From assembly GCA_050084985.1 (NCBI GenBank), contig JBITNC010000002.1, forward strand, positions 17,546,001-17,610,000: a stretch of 64,000 bases of DNA, read 5' to 3'. Both the position numbers and the translations under genes were made by a program. Each line of letters opens with the position of its first letter. Position 1 is the stretch's first letter. The notes under the pieces were generated by a model, which made no database searches, was not told the origin of the DNA, and saw only the letters and a list, made by a program, of their open reading frames with translations. This document shows positions 55,890-64,000 of the stretch, piece by piece. Source of the DNA: Nageia nagi. Taxonomy: Eukaryota; Plantae; Pinophyta.

Positions 55890-57588
55890 TTATTTATTAA
55901 TGGGTAAATATATAGATAAAAATAAGAGCTTTGAAAGGATCTTTGAACCTTTTACATCTAAAATTTGATCTTATAGAAAATCAAGAACTGAAGCATTACA
56001 TCAGAGATAAGGTATAGCATTACATATATAACTGAATCGTAGTAACATTCAAAATACTAAAATAATACATATATTATAATCTAATATGATAATGTACTCA
56101 TCAAATGTAGTATTAATAATAACCTAAGCATCATTATTCAACCATATGCATCCAAAGTGGCTTCAAAGAGAAAATACTATGAATATTATAGGGTCCTTAA
56201 TGAATTCAAATATCATGTATTAATTTTATTATATCTTCATCTTCATCAAATATAAATGGAAGTATCCTATACGTATACTTCAAAAATTTAACATATATTA
56301 TTTTTTTAGAAATTTGGACCTTTGTATGCTTGATAAGAAGTTCTTCAAATGCTACATTTGATAAGCCTTTGCTCCAAATGGCTTCTATTAATGCTTTATT
56401 ATAGATATTGGCAATTTATGGTATTTGTATAACTTGTTATTTTCACCTAATTTTGATTTTTTTTTATGGGAGATTGCTTAATTCTTCTTCATGTGCTAGA
56501 TTTTCTTATTGAGGTTGTACATGTTTCTATTCTTTTTTAGCTAGTTGTCTTCCTTATTTTTATTCTTGATCTTGGTTATGTTCTTATGGAAACTAAAACT
56601 CTAATTTGATTATGTGTAAAAGGATATTCTTGCTATATTTATCCTTTTTATCCCTAGTACAATTGTAAATACCATGTTTTGGTGCTTTCATATTCATTTT
56701 TCCTTTTTTTGCATATAAATTTTCCTCTTTTTTTTGACTCCTTTTCCTTTTCTCTTGCCATGTGGAGAATGGATTCAACTATTCTTCCTTATGATTTAGT
56801 CCAATTTTCTACCTATATATCCTTGTTGTATATGTGTCTGCTATCTTTTAGTTGGTTTTGTTTTTAATAATCTATTAAAAGGGACATCATCTTCCTCTTC
56901 TTATATAATGACATTTGTATTTAGGTTAGTCTTAAGTTGCTTTGCAAGGGTTGCATCATAAGCCAATTTTATCATAGTTTCAAGGAGTGAGAATTTAATC
57001 CTATTTTGGTTAAACTTTTTCAATGACAATCCCATAGAATGAAGTATGAAGAAATGGAAATTAACATATTCATTTTAAAGTATGTATTGATTCAAAAGGG
57101 CTATATAAAATGCATATACCTCTTTATGCTATTGTAAATCATCCTTGACTAACATGCTTATGATTAAATGTAGTGACCCAAGGCATTTCTTTAGGAAACA
57201 TGATCACATCTAATATTCTACAAATTTTAACTCTAAAACACCTATGTTTTTCACCACATTTGTATGTTTCATTAGAATTTTTGGCAATTACAACTCTTTA
57301 ATATTTTTTAGGCATTTTATTTCTTTTTAGGTGTTGCTTCTCCATGATTCCTCATGGGGTTGATGTTTGTAACTCCTATCTAGGATTATGATAGTTTTTT
57401 TAGCTTATTGTAATAAGAAGTTAACCAAATTATTTTATAATGATCATAAGAGTGATAACTCTGAAGCTAGTCTTCAATTATTAGCCCTTCATGGAGCATC
57501 CTTTTATTGTAAATTTGTGGTTATATATTTGTGTAATCTCTTCATGAATAATATATGAAAATCCATTTTTTTCTCATGTACCTCCCAT
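55890..57588 (-). mobile_element. Second decayed copy of the 4669-type TE ORF with a LINE-like 3' end
   Basis: Starts MGG at 57588; VYAFYIALLNQY...VNFHFFILHSM...SLLETMIKLAY at ~57130-56960; 3' end tgtaaaaggttcaaagatcctttcaaagc resembles the 3' ends at ~12545-12580 and ~15068-15095. Confidence 0.5.
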
Positions 57589-57892
57589 CGAGTGAGAAAT
57601 TAATCTTATTATCTCTTATTTTTATGAGATGTTGAAGGTTATTATTAATTTATTTTAGAATTGAAACTTCAATCTCTAGATCATTAATCCTTTTTGTATT
57701 ACCTAATAAGACTTGATTATGTTCTAATTGAAAAATTATAAGTTTGGTATGTTAGCATTTATTTATAAGCACTAACAAGAAGGTGGATGTAGACATATAA
57801 AATTGATTTTATATTTAATTAAAATCAATTATTTATATTATCAATAAATAATATTGTAATTGATGTAATATGCAATTATCAAGAGAGTACCA

Positions 57893-60140
57893 TGTAATGA
57901 GAAAATATCAAGAAAGGTGTAGATCTCAAGCGTAACTCCAAAAGGTATAAAATAAGATCATTGCAAGTTATTTGAAAATCCAAGAAAGTCTAGGGTAAGC
58001 TCCACAATACAACGGTGTCTCTTGACACCACCTTCATACTTGCATTTTGTTATTCTCAAAGCTCAAGCTCGTAATTCACCATCCTACACATGAGGGTCGA
58101 CCAAGGATGCATAAAGGACCATGGTACTAAAAGTTGAAAATCTCCATCCATCGAAAAAGGATTTCCAACATTATATTTTACATAAAACAAGCCTCAAAAA
58201 CCTATTTCTGAAGAAAATAGGCCACCAACAATCCATTTTACCTAAATTCTATGAAAGTGTATTTTAGTCTGTAAATGCTCAATTCTTATCCAAAATGGAT
58301 CATGTGACCACTTGTTTCACATGTACTCAGTGAGATCTATCTAATGGTATAGTTTTTATATCATTTAGAGATAAAATATGAGATTTATGTATTAAATAAT
58401 TTATTATTTATTTCATTTTTAAGTATCTTTAATGGTGAACACACCTATTTTCAAAGGAATTTGTTCTCAAGGGAATAATCTTATGTAGATTTGAAAGGAG
58501 CTTTGTTTAGTAATATTTTTCTTCAAAATCTTCATTAGTCACTAATTTGGCAACTCATGAACCATACAATACTAAAAGCAAGAATATTTCATTCTTTCTT
58601 CTTCTCCTTCCCATCTTTTTCTTTTCTTGCATTTTCAAACATCTCTCTCACTTCACAAGGGATATAGATCTCGTGGGTTTGCCCCTTTGTGGAAGAAGGT
58701 CTTGGATTCATTCCATATAACTATGAAGAACCATAGAAATGATGAAACCCATGATTGTTTCTTCATGCAATATCTCATCCGTTTCCTATATAGAAGGTGC
58801 CTAAATCAAGGGAATTATGGTTGGGAAGGTTTCAGTAGCAAAAGCCATTGGAATCTTTATTTTATACATTAGAAGAATCAGTTCGATTCTTAATAAACCA
58901 AATGAAAGAAAGACTAATCAAAAAATAGATTCATCATTCATGAGAATAAAATTAAATTACTAGAGTTAAACATGGGCATATAGTTCAAAAAAAAATTTCT
59001 TACATTTGCATCAATCTCTCAAGGTTCCCATTCAACACTTTTTCGAACCACTAACCAATAGAAAATTAGAGCCTTAGTTTCTACTCAACAAGATAGAAGT
59101 AGATGAAAGAAGGATCTTCATCATTTATGGATCACCCAGATTAATGTGGCCAAAATGTAATATACCAAAATTTGATGTCCCACTCATCTTTGTATTTTCA
59201 TGCTTCCATATTATCTTTTGGAGTGGGACACTCCTCTTCAAAGGGTAGATAATGATATTTTGTGAAGTCTAGATATATTATTATGTATTTAGATGCATTT
59301 ACATTATCCTTATGGATGGGCCATCTCATTTAAGGTGTAAAAATTATATAATTGAGAATCTTGGTGAGACTTCTCTCTTCTAAGGATATTTTATAAGTAT
59401 TTTATTATTTTATTTTGCTAGAAACTTTTGGGTTAGTTCGATCAACCATTTCATGATGAAACTTGTAATTTTAAGTGCACCTATAAATAATATAAGCACA
59501 TCATTATTAAGGCATATGGATCAATTATCTTCTTCTATCTTTGGAGCAAGTTGCATATTGCTTCTTTAGCCTTCCTGTGTATGAAAATCCATAATAAAGA
59601 GACTTATTGGGGACAAAAGACCCTCAAGACATGGGAACCAAGGATGAAAACCCTTGAGTTCTTATTGCAAATCCATTCCAAGCTTAATTGGTATTTCAAA
59701 ATAATACATTTGAGCTTCAATTATTATGTGACTATCTTGGAGAGAAAGTTGTTCAATATTGGAGGAGTTTTTCATAGGGTTTTAAGCCTTGGTGTAGTAA
59801 GCCATAAGGTTTGAGCATTGGCACAATGAGATCTAGTCATGTGATCCATATGTCAACCCTTATGGGTCATAAATTTTTATTCTATGATATATTTGCTCAT
59901 TAATGATTCAAACTTGTTCCTTTTATACATGGATATGTTTGGTGTTCAATTCTAAATATGGTGACTCTTGTGCATGTAATTTTCATTTTATTTTCAATTC
60001 TAAAATATTATGGAATTAATGGTACATGAATAAGTTTTCTTGAAGTTAAAGTAATGCACTAAGGGTATAATTGGTAAATCTAAAATTCAAGGAATAATTC
60101 ATGATTTTTTTAGTTTGGGTCATTACAATGGTATCAGAGC
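57893..60140 (+). mobile_element. LTR (57893-60127) plus Met-tRNA PBS of another LTR retrotransposon (chromovirus-like termini); decayed internal sequence follows to ~62200
   Basis: TGTAATGA...GGGTCATTACA termini; perfect PBS TGGTATCAGAGC at 60129-60140; TATA (cctataaata) ~59480. LTR start is less certain than its end. Confidence 0.75.
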
Positions 60141-62199
60141 TAAGACATTGTAAGCTTGTAGGGTAAATTTACTGTAAATATGAGAAGATATTGTTGAAGA
60201 TATGGAGTGGCATTAGGAAAGAAGAACCCAAGAATATGTTAATGTAATAAAAAGAATGCAAAGTGGTCAAGATTATATGGCTAAGTTTATGGATAAAATG
60301 CTTCACATGCAAACATTTCTTCTAGGCCAAATAGCCCATGGAAAACTTTTAGTTAGATTTCTTATGTAAGGTATAAGGAGTAACAAGGAAGAAATGGATT
60401 CTATATACTAGTAATATAAAGGTATATCTGAAAATTTCAAAAGAGGTATATATTTTCAAGAATATTTGGAGATATATGGGAAAGTAAAAGGAAATGGGAG
60501 TGAAAATAGAAATGAAGAAAAAAGAAATCATCAACAAAAAAAGAAATTATCAACAAAAATCCACCAAATCTAAGCATGCACCATCAAAAATTCATATGGC
60601 TACTTTAGATTTGAGGAGATAGATACCACCATAATTGCAAAGCAAGAGAAGCACACACAGATCTAAAAATCAAAGAAATGATAAGGAAAAATCATCCATA
60701 AATTTGGAATCAAAAAAGAAAAGCCCTAGATCTGAAGAATGAAGTGGAAGAAGATAAAGTAAAAATCTTCATATAAATTAGTACAGGAAGGATTTATAGT
60801 ACATTGTAAGCATTTCATATCCAAATTTATCCTCGATCCATATGATGACATCCCATCTTGGAGATCATTTTTATGCATTGTAATTTCAATTTTCAACCTC
60901 CAAGATTTCATCCATCCCTAGGAACCAAGGGGAGGACTCTTTTAGCATTATGTTAGCATTATTTGGCCATTCTAAGCCAAATACATCTATCGCATAGGAA
61001 TCTTACACAATGTTGTTGAAGTGCATAATAAAGAAATTCCATCACCACATGAGGAAACATGTAGATAAAATATCATGGAGGTGGATAAATTGGTTTGGGA
61101 AGAAAAATAAAAAATTGTTATTCAAGAAGTTTCCTTACACATGATGTATGTATGGAAAAATCCCAAGGTATTTTCCATAAAAGTATTGGTACTAATAGAA
61201 TGATTACATTTGAAAAAGTTGATGAGGAAGACTATAAACAATATTTTGAAGTTTTTCTAATTTAAAAGACAAAGAGCGAACCATTTTTGGATGCTTACTC
61301 ACAAATTGTGAAAGAAGAAGAGGACTCATGGGAGGAAGAATATTACATGAAAAATGAAATTTATTTTCTTAGAACAATTGATGAAGTGGATAGGGAATAT
61401 AGATCATATTTTTAATTATATGGATCTTATTTTTTCTAAATTTGAATCATAAATATCATGCTCATATGGGTTTGGATCTATCCTTAATAAAAAAAACCTG
61501 ACAAGGAGACCCTTTGAAATTTTTATTTATCATTTATGTGCCTCCAAGAGGATCATTTAGATCCAGTGATCTTGTGGAGGAGTTTTGAGATTCATATTCA
61601 ATGTTTTCCATCATTAGGGATGGTTTTTCACCCTCTAGGGCATCATTTGTGGCTTTGAAAGAGTTGATGCAACCATGGAGGCATTATGGAAATAAATATT
61701 GAGTGAAGAAAGAGAGAGGAAATATTTTAAAATTTATTGCATTCATTTTGGCACCTTAAAATGAGATTTCCATATTTAAGAAGGTTGTGGGGGAATATTA
61801 AGCATCAAATTCAATTACCTTCAACCTTAGAAAAGGTCATCCACCCTCTTAAGCACCATTCAGTCCATTTGGAATCTTGGAGCAGTTATGATGACACTAC
61901 TAAAAGGTATGTAATAGGTTCTTATTTCTATATGTTTCATGATAATAGTTTTTTATTTAGACATGGGCTTGATATAGAGGGGAAAGATGAAGAAAAAAAA
62001 AAGATTGATGATTACTATTGAAGATAAGGGATAAATCATCATACAAACTTTTGATCTTTTATCATATGCATTTGGGATTTAGAATTTGTTCAAGATTACA
62101 ATTTTATAGTTAATTGAGACTACATTAGGGTTTCTCATAGTGAAAGAAGCTATGAATATCACATTTCTTAGGACTACACTTTCAATGAAAGGAATTTCT

Positions 62200-64000
62200 T
62201 ATGCATGAAAACAAAGTTGGAAATGATATCTTCAATTGAGGACAACCATCACATGATTGTATTCTATTTTATGGACTATCCTTCCATGGTTGAGATTGAT
62301 TTGAAGTAAATTCATCTTATGATTGCATTGTTGATAATATTTCATATTGCATTTTCCATGATGGAAATGGACATAGTTGGCAAGAATACTACTGTAATAG
62401 TGCTATTTGGGAAATGTTTTTGGGCCTACACTCTTGATGATGATTGAAGCAATACATGGGGTTTCACATTATGATATTTTTGGAGGTGTATTTAAGACTT
62501 TTGTAGGGAAAAATACTATTGCAATTACATTTGATATTGCTAAAATGATGTTAATCAAGATAGTATCTTTTATAACAACAGTATATTTAAGGTTGATTAG
62601 CACTATTATGACTATATTCTTCACAACGTTCAAGGATGCACTCTTAGAGATAGCATTTTTGGTACACTTCATGATTTATATGGTTATTTCATACATAATG
62701 CCTAGAAAAAAACCTCTTTCAATGAAAGAGATTACAATTTAAGTGACTAAAGTGGTATGTTGGGTTGTATCTTTGATAACTACAACTATAGTTGTCATCT
62801 CCTTTGGGAGTGAGTTTTTGATGATTAAAAGAACAACAATATTTTCCTTATTTGGAGTGACTTTGTTGCTAATTTTTAAGGAATAATTGGTTGATTTGGA
62901 TATTATTTAGGATTAATTTCATTATTATAATTAAGGATGCATTCTTCATGAGAATAGATACTGCAACAACTATGACTAAGGTTCATATAGTTGTGCTTTT
63001 CATAAAGCATAAGACAACAAATAAGGTGGAGATAGTTCATGATATTGATATTTACTACCATCTAGGTAAGGGGAAGATGGTTATTGATGTGGAACTTATA
63101 TTAAAAGAAGTCTCTTGTAGTTAAGGGAACATCCTTGGGTTTGAAACTACTTTGGTGGATAATATTCCTTCTCCTCATTAGCTTATGATGCTTGGTCATG
63201 ATGGATAAATACGTATAGCCCTTGGGAATCCTTGAAGGATTTTGGAGCATCAAAATTGGTCATTCCAAATCTTGGAGATGTTTTTCCACCTTCTTAGGAA
63301 ACTTATATACCATGTTGAGGATTGGTACGATCATGGAGGGGTTACAAAAGGGTATGAATTGATCTTTGATTTTTGTGGAAGTAGTTATTTATCTTGGATT
63401 AATAAGATTATTATAAACAATTCCTTTGGAACTGCATTTATGGTGCAATTTGAGATGATCATATGGTGGATATTTATGACTATTATCACTTATAGGTCAC
63501 TTGAGGTGATACTTGTGGGAATATTCATGATTATTCTCTTTGTATGTTCTTTTGTTATCTTTTGGACAACTAGGGCAACATTTGTTGGGTGGTATACTAT
63601 CGTGTCTTAGATGATATTCATTGATGTCATATTATTTGGTTCTTGGTCTACATCTCTAATTAAATTCATTATTGCATTTTCTTCATCTTAGGTAGCAGAT
63701 TAGGGAATATCTACTATTGTGTTCTTGACATTTTGGGTTGAGTTCTTGATGTTGTTCATTGTTGATTTTCTATCATTATATTGGACTACATATTTCATAC
63801 CTATTGATGATTTTTTTGTTCCTAATAATAGGGGTTGTTAGGATGACTATTATATCTTCATTTAGAACTACAAATTTGGTATTATTTGGGTCAACTTTGG
63901 AGTTATGGACAACATCATCCTTTTTATTGTTTGAGTTTGAATGGGTGATAATAAAGGTTTTACTACATATCAAGTTTTTATTCTTTTTTATTATTGTAGT
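62200..64000 (-). mobile_element. Highly degenerate gag/protease region of a Tat/Athila-like element
   Basis: Fragments such as VGPK...GRIVHK and LLIQDK*LLPQ echo the Tat gag-PR region; weak. Confidence 0.4.

Noticed and set aside
57169-57181. TGTAGTGACCCAA as LTR start (12/13 inverted match to the 60115-60127 end)
   Set aside because: Lies inside the continuous minus-strand ORF remnant (57588-56900). TGTAATGA at 57893 coincides with the compositional change and is preferred, though 57169 is not fully excluded.
62407-63610. Hydrophobic + strand ORFs as membrane or env proteins
   Set aside because: Most simply antisense readings of an A-rich decayed gag-PR on the - strand.

Overview
AT-rich, CpG-depleted eukaryotic DNA from a large plant genome. 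The repeat and PPR style looks gymnosperm/conifer-like (inference). Almost all of the window is nested, decayed retrotransposons: two related L1 LINEs (1-4.3 kb on -, 28.8-54.5 kb on +); a complete Ty1/copia with TAATA TSD (20985-26722, -); two solo LTRs; an 18.5 kb Tat/Ogre-type Ty3/gypsy (35478-53994; gag-PR-G-patch-RT-RH-aRH-INT); older gypsy remnants; a ~2.7-3.5 kb tandem duplication; and scrambled PLS-PPR fragments. The only host gene is a 3-exon CYSTM gene (18519-18942, -) with a 1-nt frameshift. The most interesting object is the Tat element's accessory apparatus. It has (i) a spliced antisense Plant Mobile Domain (PMD) gene, (ii) three sense ORF remnants with F-box-like motifs, and (iii) ~20 copies of an ancestrally CpG-rich palindrome (WCGCCGGCGA) in 20-21 bp-phased arrays in the LTRs, 5' leader and the PMD gene's promoter and intron. 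Together these suggest a possible TE-encoded, sequence-specific anti-silencing system (hypothesis). All translations and alignments were done by eye; no searches were run.
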